Below, piece by piece: positions 29,989 to 39,578 of a DNA stretch of 64,000 bases. The notes beneath the pieces were generated by a model that did not search any database, had not been told where the DNA came from, and was given only the letters and a program-made list of their open reading frames with translations. How positions within the stretch are numbered: the stretch's first letter is position 1; every line of letters starts with the position of its first letter. Both the position numbers and the translations under genes were made by a program. The DNA comes from an uncultured Bacillota bacterium (GTDB lineage: Bacteria > Sysuimicrobiota > Sysuimicrobiia > Sysuimicrobiales > Segetimicrobiaceae): assembly GCA_963804645.1 (NCBI GenBank), contig CAWDRG010000005.1, positions 160,001 to 224,000 on the forward strand. The letters are read 5' to 3'.

Positions 29989-31068
29989 TTATCCCTTCAG
30001 CAGCGTGTCCGCAATGGCATAGAAGATCCGCGAGGATGCGGCGTCGGGGGCCGTGATGACGACCGGCACGCCGCGATCGCTGCCCTCCCGGATCTCTTGG
30101 TCGAGCGGGATCTGTCCGAGCAGCGGCGCATCGACCTGCTTGGCCAGCTGCTCGCCGCCGCCGCGGCCGAAGATGTAGATGGGGTCCGCCCCGGGTGACG
30201 GCACGAAATACGACATGTTCTCGATGACGCCGATCACCGGCATGTTCACTTTCTCCGCCATCTTCCCCGACCGGAAGGCGACGTTCGTCGCCGTCGACTG
30301 CGGGGTCGTCACGATCAGCATCTCCGCCCGCGGCAGCGTCTGGGCGATCGTCAGCGACACATCCCCGGTCCCCGGCGGCAGATCGATCAGCAGGTCGTCG
30401 ACGTCCCCCCAGTGTACTTCGGTCAGAAACGTCGTCAGGGCTTTGTGCAGCATCGGGCCCCGCCAGATGACGGCCTCGCCCTCGTCCACCATGAACCCGA
30501 TGGACATCAGCCGGACCCCGTGCCGTTCGATCGGAATGATCATCTGATCGATGATCGTGGGCCGCCCCGCGGACACCCCCATCATCTTGGGGACGCTGAA
30601 TCCGTACACGTCCGCATCGACCACGCCGACCGTCCGGCCGCGCCGCGCGAGCGCCGCCGCGAGGTTCACGGTCACGGTGGACTTCCCGACGCCCCCCTTG
30701 CCGCTCGCGATCGCCAGAATCCGCGTCTTCGAGGTCGGCGCCAGGAGCGGCGATTGCTGCTTCGGACCCGGGCGCAGCTGCCCCATGAGCGCCTGCCGCT
30801 GCTCCTGCGACATGACGCCGAGCTGCACGTCGACGCGCTCCACCCCCGGCAGCGTCTGCACTTTGGTCCGAATCGAGTCAATGATCGTCTCCCGCATCGG
30901 GCAGCCGCTGATCGTGAGCAGCGCCTCGACTTTGACGTCGCCGCCGCGGATCGCAACCTCCTTGACCATGTTGAGCTCGACGATGCTGCGGTGGAGTTCT
31001 GGATCCATGACATCGCGCAGGGCTTCCATGACCTGCTCTTTCGTGACGATGACTTGGCGGGCAGCCAT
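29989..31068 (-). CDS. mrp: Mrp/NBP35 (ApbC) Fe-S cluster carrier ATPase
   Basis: V.DPEL N-domain, ASGKGGVGKST, WRGPM, DLPPGTGD, IENMS; GAGGAGG RBS. Confidence 0.93.
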   Translation of the reverse strand: MAARQVIVTKEQVMEALRDVMDPELHRSIVELNMVKEVAIRGGDVKVEALLTISGCPMRETIIDSIRTKVQTLPGVERVDVQLGVMSQEQRQALMGQLRPGPKQQSPLLAPTSKTRILAIASGKGGVGKSTVTVNLAAALARRGRTVGVVDADVYGFSVPKMMGVSAGRPTIIDQMIIPIERHGVRLMSIGFMVDEGEAVIWRGPMLHKALTTFLTEVHWGDVDDLLIDLPPGTGDVSLTIAQTLPRAEMLIVTTPQSTATNVAFRSGKMAEKVNMPVIGVIENMSYFVPSPGADPIYIFGRGGGEQLAKQVDAPLLGQIPLDQEIREGSDRGVPVVITAPDAASSRIFYAIADTLLKG

Positions 31069-31176
31069 ACGATCCTCCTCGGGACACATGCGCAGGTTAC
31101 GCGGCTGCCGATTCCTCTGCGGGGTTCGCCGACGCGACGGACGGCGGATGAGAGTTATTCTCAGCTGCGTGATTTC

Positions 31177-31205
31177 AGCCTAGCATTGAGGTCAAACCCC
31201 GTCAA
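31177..31205 (-). promoter_or_regulatory. Sigma70-type promoter of mrp operon
   Basis: TTGACG-17 nt-TAGGCT on minus strand. Confidence 0.7.
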
Positions 31206-31212
31206 GGATACG

Positions 31213-32598
31213 AATCGCGCCACCTAAACTGTTACCGGGGATTGGATCGTCGCGCCAAAATAGGTGTTACCCAGCGACGCCCCTATCTTTCGACCCAGGA
31301 GACCCCGGTGACCCCCAAGGCCAAGCGCGAATACCTCGACGCGATCCGAGCTCGGTATGCCGCCGCGTCCCGCGCGGTGAAGTCGCAACTCCTGACCGAA
31401 GCCTGCGCCACCCTCGGCTATCACCGCAAGGCCGCCATTCGGGCGTTCGCCCGACCACCCCGCACCACCCCGCCGTGCCACCGGTCGGGACGCCCCTCGC
31501 CCTACGGGCCGCGGACCGTGACGCTGCTCATGCACATCTGGGAGGCGGCCGGGTATCCGTGGTCGGTGCGGCTCAAGGCCCTGCTGCCGCTGTGGCTCCC
31601 CTGGGCAAAGCGCCGGTTCACCATCTCGCCGACGGTGGAACGCGCGCTCCGCACCATCAGTCCCCGCACCATCGATCGCCGGCTGGGCCAGAAGAAACGC
31701 CACCTCAACCGCCGCCTCTACGGACGCACCAAACCCGGCACGCTCCTCAAGCATCACATCCCGGTCCGGACCGAACACTGGGCCGTCACCGAGCCCGGCT
31801 TCACGGAGATCGACCTGGTCTCGCACTCCGGCACGTCCGCCGCTGGCGAATTCCTCTACTCGCTCAATCTCACGGACATTCACACGGGCTGGATGGAAAC
31901 CCGTGCCGTGCTTGGCAAAGGTCAGCAAGCCGTCCGGGCGGCCATCGACGACATTCGCCCCGCCTTGCCCTTCGCCCTCCGCGGCATCGACTCCGACAAC
32001 GGCTCGGAGTTCATCAACGAGCATCTCTTCCAATATTGCGCGGCCCGCGATATTCAGTTCACTCGCGGCCGGCCCTACAAGAAAGACGACAACGCCCACA
32101 TCGAGCAGAAGAACTGGACCCACGTCCGCAAACTCCTCGGCTGGGACCGCTATGCGTCCCCGACGGCGCTCGCCGCCATCAACGCCCTCTACCGCCAGGA
32201 CCTGCGCTTGATGATGAATCTCTTCCAACCCTCCGTGAAACTGCAACGCACCAAACGCACGGGCTCGCGCCGGCGCCGGTTCTATGACGCCCCCCAAACG
32301 CCGCTCGACCGGCTGCTGACGTCCCAGGGTGCCACCACCGCACAGCTCAAGACGCTCCGCCGCCTCCGTGCCCGCCTCGACCCGTTCGCCCTCTCGGAAA
32401 GTATCGAGCGGCAGCTCCGCCACATCTACACTCTGATCCACCGCGGCCCCATTACTCCCACTCGTCACCCGCTTCCGCATCAGCGGTTCGAGATCCATCG
32501 CCGCCCGCCGCTCCCGCGCGTCGCCGCCGGACGCCGGTAACAGCAATATTGGCGTGACGATACCCCCCTTCGGTAACACTTACTTATGGCTTGACAGG
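31213..32598 (+). mobile_element. Insertion sequence, ISNCY-like (rve DDE), apparently intact
   Basis: Two ~23-bp repeats ending TGTTACC at left (31214, 31249) and two inverted at right (32536-32558, 32572-32595); GGATACG on both flanks (31206, 32599) as candidate target duplication; exact ends uncertain. Confidence 0.8.
31308..32540 (+). CDS. Transposase, integrase-core (DDE) domain
   Basis: AGGAG RBS; EIDLV, IDSDNGSEF, RPYKKDDNAHIEQKN, YDAPQTP. Confidence 0.93.
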   Translation: MTPKAKREYLDAIRARYAAASRAVKSQLLTEACATLGYHRKAAIRAFARPPRTTPPCHRSGRPSPYGPRTVTLLMHIWEAAGYPWSVRLKALLPLWLPWAKRRFTISPTVERALRTISPRTIDRRLGQKKRHLNRRLYGRTKPGTLLKHHIPVRTEHWAVTEPGFTEIDLVSHSGTSAAGEFLYSLNLTDIHTGWMETRAVLGKGQQAVRAAIDDIRPALPFALRGIDSDNGSEFINEHLFQYCAARDIQFTRGRPYKKDDNAHIEQKNWTHVRKLLGWDRYASPTALAAINALYRQDLRLMMNLFQPSVKLQRTKRTGSRRRRFYDAPQTPLDRLLTSQGATTAQLKTLRRLRARLDPFALSESIERQLRHIYTLIHRGPITPTRHPLPHQRFEIHRRPPLPRVAAGRR

Positions 32599-32778
32599 GG
32601 ATACGTGTTGCCTCAGTTGCCTCAACAGTCCTGGTCACCGAACGGGGGGGTGTTGGGTGGGTCGAGGAGTGGCGCGGTGGCCTTGCGGCTCCGTTTCCAC
32701 CCCCCGCCTCATCGAACCGGACATGCAGGTTGCCCGCATCCGGCTCCCCTGTCCACTTCGCACCAAGGGTTATGAGAC

Positions 32779-35700
32779 CTATCGCGCTGGGAGCGCTTTC
32801 GGGAGCCTGTACACATATCGGACGCCATAGTCGTCATACAGTCCGAGCGTGCCATAGATCCACTCCCTACTCCACCTCTTCCAGCCGAAGCCTGGTCGTT
32901 TTGCCGCCCTCGCCAAGTGGCGTCGCACTTTCTTCTCGACCCAAAACCGCAGATGTGTAAACTGCCGACTGGTGTTCCCGATGCGAAGTAGAGTAAGGAG
33001 TTGGCGCGCCGCGTAGCTCCGCCGTTAGGGGGTACAGCCTGTCCACCTCCATCGGTGGCTTGCAGCCTCCAGCCCTCGTCCCGGGCGACACACGTTTCCA
33101 ACCCCTCCTCATCGATCCGAGCATGACCTTTCCGGTCACTCGGCTCACCGACGTCCTTCACCGACGGTTTTCGCCCCGCTCGAACCGAACGCTTCCGACC
33201 AAGCGGAGCAACCCGACGCGGTTGCCGGACATGATGATGTACTTCATGCCGCGCCCGCGTCCATTCCGCCCGTGTCGTTTGGAGAGCAGCAACGCCATTC
33301 GTTCGACCGTATACCGGTCCAACTTGGCGAAGCAGCGCGTCGAGTTGCCGTACCGATAGTACTCGCGCCACCCCCCGAGAAAACGATTGAGGTCGCCCAC
33401 AACCGTGTGCGTGGGGACGTGGCGACGATTGCGCCCGGTGAGTTCCCGGATCCGAGAACGGCACCGGAGCACGGCTTTGGCACTCGGCCAGCACGCCGGA
33501 TAGCGAAAGCTCGGTCTACGCCGTGAGGGCACCATCTGATGATGGAAACCCAGAAAGTCATATCCCGCGCTCCCGCTTGCGACTCCAACGATCTGCGTCT
33601 TGGAGCCGGACAATGTCAGCCCCAGCTCTTCCAGGGTTGTTGCCAAAACCGCCTTCGCGGCTTCAGCCTTCTCCCGAGTTGAGCAGCAGATGCAAAGATC
33701 GTCACAGTAGCGAACGAGCACTCCCAACGGCTGGTGCTCCGTCATCCAAGCTCGGTCCAAATGATGTAGGACCACGTTAGCCAGGACTGGCGAGAGCGGC
33801 CCACCTTGTGGAGAGCCCTCCGTCGGGGTCGTCAGCGTACCGCTGTCGAGTATCCCGGCGGACAAGATGCACCGAATGAGCTCCACGACCTTCCGGTCGC
33901 TGATCCGCTCCCGGAGACACTCCAAGATGCGGCCATGCGCGAGTCGATCGAAGCAGCTCTCGATGTCGGCATCCACCACCCATGTCCTTCCTGCCCGAAT
34001 CGCCTCCCGCATTGCTTGCAATGCTTGGTGGGCGTCTCGCCGGGGCCGAAACCCGTACGAGCAGGGCAGAAAGTCCGCCTCGAAGATCGGTTCGATGACG
34101 ATCTTCAGCGCTTGCTGGACCACCCGGTCCCGCACATTCGCGATCCCGAGCGGCCGGAGCTTGTCCGGCTTGCCTGGTTTGGGAATCCAGACGCGCCGCA
34201 GCGGCTGCGGACGGTACGTCCCGTCGCGCAGGCTGGCCTCTAGGTCGTCAAGGAACACCTCTACACCGGCCGCCTCAATATCCGCGATGGTAATGGCATC
34301 GATTCCCGGTGCTCCCTGGTTAGCGCGCACCTCCAACCACGCGCGCCCGAGAACGTCCCTGCGATGGACCCGGTCATACAGCGCGTGGAAACGTCGATTC
34401 GGCGACTGCTTGGCCGCCCGGTACAGTTTGTGTTGAAGGGCTCGAACTTTATCGAGGGTGTTGTTGGGCCTCTCGGCCATGCACCAGTTCCTCCCTCTCC
34501 CACAAACGTGGACGAAGCAGGGGCCCTTCGCTCGGGCGGGTTATGTTGTCCCGCCGGTCGTCGCTAATATGGCCCCATCCGACGCCCTCCCGGCTCAGTG
34601 CGACTTCCCGTTTGGCGGTTATACGCACTGGCTGCTCCCGGATCGCAGACCCGGGGCCGGGGAGGGCCTCTCCAGTTCCCGTCACCACCGTCCGAACGTT
34701 CCGCGCCCCTTACGGCGGGGGGTTCTTCGGCGCTGCATTTCCAGGCTCTCCACGCCTTCCGTGGCCTTCGCCCTGGTATTCCGGGCTCGGCTCCCCCTTG
34801 GTCCCTTTCGGGCTGGTCTAACGCCGCGGCAGACTTCACGTCATGCTGCGGACCGCTCGGTTGCTACCTCCGTGAGGCTTCTGACGCTGGGCTTCGGCGT
34901 CAAGCGTTTCCCCCTGACGCCGCCAGCCTGCTACCAGGCTCCCTGGCGATTACCTGGACGGGACTTTCACCCGCTGGCGGTGACGAGCTTACGGGCTACG
35001 CGCTCAATCCTCCCGACACCACCTCCTTCCATCGCGCGTGCCCTCTGGACACGCAATAATTGAGCCATCCGGCGAGGATTGGATTGACCTCGCTGATGAC
35101 TTGCTGCACCGGCTGGGAGCGGTGTTGCCGAAAGACCTCTCGGAGCCGCTGCCGTACTTCAGTGCATTTGTGGCGCGTTGGTACTTGATGTGGGCGCCAC
35201 GCACCTCGATGACTCCGCACCCGGCGAAAGTCGAACCCGAGAAATGTAAACGCTTCCCTCCGCTCAAGATCCACCACGCGGCTCTTCTGCTCATTGACCT
35301 GGATACCGAGCTTCGCGATTTCCTCCCGAATCCGCCGGTTGATCGCCCGCGGTAGCCAATCGTGCCGTTGGTGCGCATCCACCAGGACCACCAGATCGTC
35401 AGCCCACCGCGCGTACGTCACGTTCGGGACCGTTCCCCGCCGTGTAGTTTGCCGCGCCTTCTCCAACATCTCATCGACTGGAGTCAGATAGATATTGGAG
35501 AGCAAGGGTGAGAGAGGGCCGCCTTGTGGAAGCCCTTGACGGCCCGTGGCCTGAAGAACCAGCTTCAGCAAATGCAGGATCGCGGGATCACTGACCCGCT
35601 TCGCGACCTGTGCCAGCAGTATGTGGTGCTGGACGTGGTCAAAATACGCGTGCAGGTCGAGATCGATCACCCGCGTATGGCGAAGTAGGATAGCCTCTGC

Positions 35701-36147
35701 AACGTGGGCCACGGCTTGATGCGCCGTACGTTTCGGGCGATACCCGTACGAACCGGGCTGAAAATCTGCCTCGAAGATCGGCTCGAGAATAAGTTTCAGC
35801 GCTCCTTGTACGACCCGATCCCGGATCGCGGGAATTTGGAGCACTCGCTCCCCGCCGCCCCGCTTGGGAATCGCGTGTTTGCGTGTTGCCAATGGGCGGT
35901 AGCCTCCGGAGACCAGTTCGTCCTGTAGGCGCGCCAGAAACGTCTCCACGCCGGCGGTCTCGATCGCTTCAAATGTGACGCCGTCGATGCCCGGCGCCCC
36001 ATCATTCGCCTTGGCCGCCATGTACGCTGCCTGGAGTGTCTCCAGTTTGCAGACGTGGACGTAGAGGCCCCAGAAGCGCCAAGCCTTGTCGGACTTCGCC
36101 TTGGCGTACAGCCTTCGTCTCAGGTCCTGCACCGTGATGGACGCCAT
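32779..36147 (-). CDS. ltrA: Group II intron RT/maturase A, join(36147..35055, 32987..32779), 433 aa after removal of inner intron
   Basis: GAPGIDG, IP.IRDRVVQ, SYGYRP, PQGGPLSPLL, YARWADD; spliced junction reads GWLNY-F-RIGNTSRQF; no endonuclease domain. Confidence 0.9.
32988..35054 (-). mobile_element. Group II intron B (inner member of twintron)
   Basis: 5' GCGTG at 35054; domain V GAGCCGAGTGACCGGAAAGGTCATGCTCGGATC at 33146-33114; 3' end TACTCTAC at 32988. Confidence 0.9.
33158..34480 (-). CDS. ltrA: Group II intron RT/maturase B
   Basis: RFHALYD, RPLGI, SYGFRP, PQGGPLSP, VRYCDD, FLGF, GW.EYYRYGNS; no endonuclease domain. Confidence 0.95.
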   Translation of the reverse strand: MAERPNNTLDKVRALQHKLYRAAKQSPNRRFHALYDRVHRRDVLGRAWLEVRANQGAPGIDAITIADIEAAGVEVFLDDLEASLRDGTYRPQPLRRVWIPKPGKPDKLRPLGIANVRDRVVQQALKIVIEPIFEADFLPCSYGFRPRRDAHQALQAMREAIRAGRTWVVDADIESCFDRLAHGRILECLRERISDRKVVELIRCILSAGILDSGTLTTPTEGSPQGGPLSPVLANVVLHHLDRAWMTEHQPLGVLVRYCDDLCICCSTREKAEAAKAVLATTLEELGLTLSGSKTQIVGVASGSAGYDFLGFHHQMVPSRRRPSFRYPACWPSAKAVLRCRSRIRELTGRNRRHVPTHTVVGDLNRFLGGWREYYRYGNSTRCFAKLDRYTVERMALLLSKRHGRNGRGRGMKYIIMSGNRVGLLRLVGSVRFERGENRR

Positions 36148-36820
36148 TGTCAGATCGTCCGTGCCTCCCCTCGAACTCGGGCCTGTGGACAGCAGGGCTC
36201 CTTTGCTCTCGCGGCATTACCCGCGTTCATCGCTCGTACGAGCCCCTCCGACTTCCTCTCACCGTCGGCGCGTTTCCCGGGTGTTGCCCGGTTATCGCGC
36301 CTACCCAGCTTCCGATGCTTTCCCATCGAGGTGAGGAGGATCTCTCCAGTTGCTGAACGCGTCCTGGTCACCATGCCGTCGCTAACCACCCCGCCGGACT
36401 GACGACAGCTTCTCTGCCAGATATGCTGTCCTCACATTGCCTTCGCCCTTTGAGGGAAGGCTCGGCGCTCCGGAGTCTTCATTCTCGAGGCCACCTCGCG
36501 TTCGCTTGCGCTACGGCCTGGTGACTCGCTCACCCTTCCACGAAGGGTTTTGTCGGCAGGCTTTAGGTAAGTCGGTCTCTCTCCTTCCCGCTGCCCAAGC
36601 TACGAGGGGTCTGGCTCTTCCCTCGACGGAACTGTCTCCCGCTGAACGCGTCCGCGTTCGTCTGGACGCACCCTCAAAATGGGTGTCACCGAGCGTCGGT
36701 GCGGTGCGCCCTTGCCGCGCGTGCGGCGTGGTCCCGGGAACGCGGGGAAGGGACAGAGGTGTTCGTCACTCCGGTCGCGGAAGTTCGAGGTCACGTCTGA
36801 TCCCTGGCGAGGCCGAGACC

Positions 36821-37468
36821 ATGGACCGACCATCGAGCAGTGTGGAACAGCGGCTGGACGAATTGGAACGCACGATCGCGGTCGCGCACGAACGCATCCG
36901 CGTCCTCGAGGCGCGGCAGCGACGGACCGCCCGCTGGTGGTCGCTCGCCCTCGGCGTGGTAATCACGGTCGCGATCAGTTGGAGTGTGAGCGCGCCGGCG
37001 CGCGGGGCCGGCGCCCCCGGATCAACTTCGGCGACGCTGTATACACCGGTCACCGTCGAGGATCGACAAACGCACCAGGTCATTATGACGATCGATAACT
37101 CCGCCCTCGTCATGCGGGATCACCTCAACAACAAGACGGTGGAAATCGGGACGACCACGGCCGGCGTCGGGGCAGTCGCGGTCTACAACGGAAGCCGTAA
37201 GAATCAATCGTTGCTCGTCGATCTGCTCTCGAGCACTCAGAACGGCGGGATGCTGAGCATCGTCAACGCCGGTGGACGTGAGGTCGCAAATCTGCAGGCC
37301 GGATCGGGCGGAGACGGCAGTTTCGAACTGCGCCGGGGCAACGGCAACCGGCTCGTCACCACGGGCGTGACCGCCACGGGGCAAGGGTACGTCTCCACCT
37401 GGACCCACGGAAACACCACGGGAATCCTCATAGGCGAACCGAGCGTGATCGTCGGACCGAAGCCGTAA
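36821..37468 (+). CDS. Hypothetical membrane-anchored protein (coiled coil, TM, Gly-rich beta domain)
   Basis: EQRLDELER heptads, hydrophobic helix, repeated G.L.....G strands. Confidence 0.7.
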   Translation: MDRPSSSVEQRLDELERTIAVAHERIRVLEARQRRTARWWSLALGVVITVAISWSVSAPARGAGAPGSTSATLYTPVTVEDRQTHQVIMTIDNSALVMRDHLNNKTVEIGTTTAGVGAVAVYNGSRKNQSLLVDLLSSTQNGGMLSIVNAGGREVANLQAGSGGDGSFELRRGNGNRLVTTGVTATGQGYVSTWTHGNTTGILIGEPSVIVGPKP

Positions 37469-37629
37469 CGCCATGCGAGCACAGTGCCTACGACGGATGC
37501 ACGCGACGACACAGCGCCGGTCATCATTATCGCCGAATTGCGCAGCCCTGACGGCGCGCACTCGCCACGTATTTCTCGCTGCGAGACGATAACTAGGATT
37601 CCTCGGATGACGCTGCGTCGAGACCTGCC

Positions 37630-38412
37630 TCACATCACGGCAAGAATGCCGCGAATGAGCAGGCGGAACTGCTGGCCGCTGCGCGTCGCAACGGCGAGTA
37701 CTTCCTCCGCGCTCGCGTGATGGTCACGATCAGGGATCGCCATGTCGGTAACAATTGAAAGACCGAGGATCTTGCTGCCCAGGTGGCGCAGCGCGATCAC
37801 TTCTGGCACGACGGACATTCCAATTGCATCTGCCCCTAAGCTTCGCAACATGCGTAACTCCGAGCGACTGGCGAACGCGGGTCCGGCAAACCACGCATAC
37901 ACTCCGTCACGCAAGGTCATGTCGAGAGATCGAGCTACTCGCGCGGCGACTTCTCGGAGGACCGGATCGTAGGGGTCGAACATCACGGGAAATCGAGACC
38001 CCATGCGCTCGTCATTGGACCCGGTAAGAGGATCGGCTCCAGCCATATTGATGTAATCCTGATGCAGCATGACGTCCCCAGCACTGTAGTTTGGATTCAG
38101 TCCGCCAGCCGCCGAGGTCACCACAAACGTCTTGGCGCCCAAGTAAAAGCCTACCCGTACCGGGAACACCACCTGTTGCGCACCATAGCCCTCGTACAGG
38201 TGAGCCCGCCCCTTGTAGGCCACCACATTCTTACCCTTGAGTCTCCCCAAGATGAGCGTGCCCTCGTGCCCCGGAGCTGTCGAACGGGGAAAGTGAGGTA
38301 ACTCGGCATAAGGAATGCTCGAGCTTATCTCAATCTCGTCTCCCAGCGGCCCCAACCCCCCGGGCACGACAGGAGCGGCGTCCTGCGAGGAACCTGAGCG
38401 CTCCGCGGCCAA
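37630..38412 (-). pseudogene. Purine nucleoside phosphorylase (trimeric family), probably 5'-truncated
   Basis: IPY.ELPHFP.ST.PGH.G, GR.HLYEGY, GADAIGMS.VPE; lacks the N-terminal helix and the LGSG motif is degraded; lower GC. Confidence 0.75.
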
Positions 38413-38423
38413 TCGGTCTCTTC

Positions 38424-39560
38424 ATGCGGATTGTGGTCAACGCGGTGGCCGCGCGCATGGGCGGCGCGACCACCCACCTGCCGAATTTCCTGCAGACCGC
38501 CGGACGCCGCTATCCCGGCGACCTGTTCATCGCGTGCGTGAACCGCTCGTGGCAGGCGCCGGCCCTCCCCGGAAACGTTCACCTCGTGCGCACCGACGAT
38601 CTGCGCGGCCGGCTCGCCCACGCCGCGTGGGATCAGTGGGGCATCAGCCGCGTGGCCGCGCGCGAGCGCGCGGATGTCCTCGTCTCGCTCTTGAACTTCG
38701 GCCCCGCACGCCCCCGGATCCCGCACGTCGTCTTCGAACGAAACCCGGTGTACTTCTGCGAGTACTATCTGCGCGGCCTCCGCGGCCGCCGGGCGCTCGA
38801 GATCAAGGCGACCCGGGCCCTCGCCCACGCGGTAATGCGCGGCGCACGAAGCGTGGTCACGCCGTCGGCCGCGATGCGGGACATGATCCGGGCCTTCTAC
38901 CCGGACCTCCCCCAGGAACGGTTCCGGGTCGTGCCGCACGGCTTCGGGCTCGACGCGTTCCGCACGAAGGCGCCCCTCCCCGAGCGTGCGGCCGATGCGA
39001 TTGCGGGCTCCAAGGGCGTCAAGCTGCTGTACGTCTCCCACGCCGCGTCCTATAAGGGAGTCGAGATCCTTCTCGAGACGGCGCGGGCACTGCGGTATCT
39101 CGGCGTGCCCAGCACAACGTGGCTGACCGTGGCGAAGGAAGACTGGCCCGAGGGGTTTCAGAGGTACGAAGCGTTCATTGCCGAGCACCGACTCGAGGAT
39201 CAGGTCCGCCTGCTCGGGCGGATTCCGCACGGAGCCGTGCACCGGCTGTATGAGGCGGCGGATCTGTTCGTTCACCCGTCGCTGTGCGAATCGTTTTCAT
39301 TTCCACTCGTCGAGGCGATGGCAAGCGGTCTTCCGGTCATCGCCGCGGACCGGCCGCTGAATCGCGAGATGTGCGGGGACGCCGCGTCGTTCTATCCGCC
39401 CGAAGACGCCCTCGCCCTCGCCTCCGAAATCACCCGGCTCCGCGATGACCCGGGACGCCGGGCGCGCATGGTCGCGGAGGGGCATATCTTGGCGCAGCGG
39501 TTCTCATGGGACACGCACGTGGATCAGGTGATGGCCGTGGTCGCGGACGCCGTGGCGTAG
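38424..39560 (+). CDS. Glycosyltransferase family 4
   Basis: GG...L, TPS, YK.VE.L, PSLCESFSFPLVEAMASG.PV. Confidence 0.92.
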   Translation: MRIVVNAVAARMGGATTHLPNFLQTAGRRYPGDLFIACVNRSWQAPALPGNVHLVRTDDLRGRLAHAAWDQWGISRVAARERADVLVSLLNFGPARPRIPHVVFERNPVYFCEYYLRGLRGRRALEIKATRALAHAVMRGARSVVTPSAAMRDMIRAFYPDLPQERFRVVPHGFGLDAFRTKAPLPERAADAIAGSKGVKLLYVSHAASYKGVEILLETARALRYLGVPSTTWLTVAKEDWPEGFQRYEAFIAEHRLEDQVRLLGRIPHGAVHRLYEAADLFVHPSLCESFSFPLVEAMASGLPVIAADRPLNREMCGDAASFYPPEDALALASEITRLRDDPGRRARMVAEGHILAQRFSWDTHVDQVMAVVADAVA

Positions 39561-39578
39561 CCGCCGCCGACGGCTCGG

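Larger units (their letters stand above)
32656..36671 (-). mobile_element. Group II intron A (outer member of twintron)
   Basis: 5' GTGCG at 36671; domain V GAGCCGGATGCG..GTCCGGTTC at 32746-32714; domain VI with bulged A ending CTCGACCCACC at 32656. Confidence 0.9.
32606..36740 (-). mobile_element. Relic right end of a related IS, split by the outer group II intron
   Basis: GTTGCCTCAA..GTCACC repeat at 32616-32639; a second copy is rebuilt by joining 32655 to 36672 and is 18/23 identical to the neighbouring IS repeat; inner boundary approximate. Confidence 0.65.

Noticed and set aside
34996..35054. C-terminus CVSRGHARWKEVVSGGLSA of the 383-aa RT ORF
   Set aside because: Read-through into the 5' end of intron B; the true C-terminus is at 32987-32779
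32656..36671. Retron, DGR or CRISPR-associated RT defence system
   Set aside because: Both RTs have domain X and flanking group II intron domains V/VI; no template/variable repeat pair or cas gene seen
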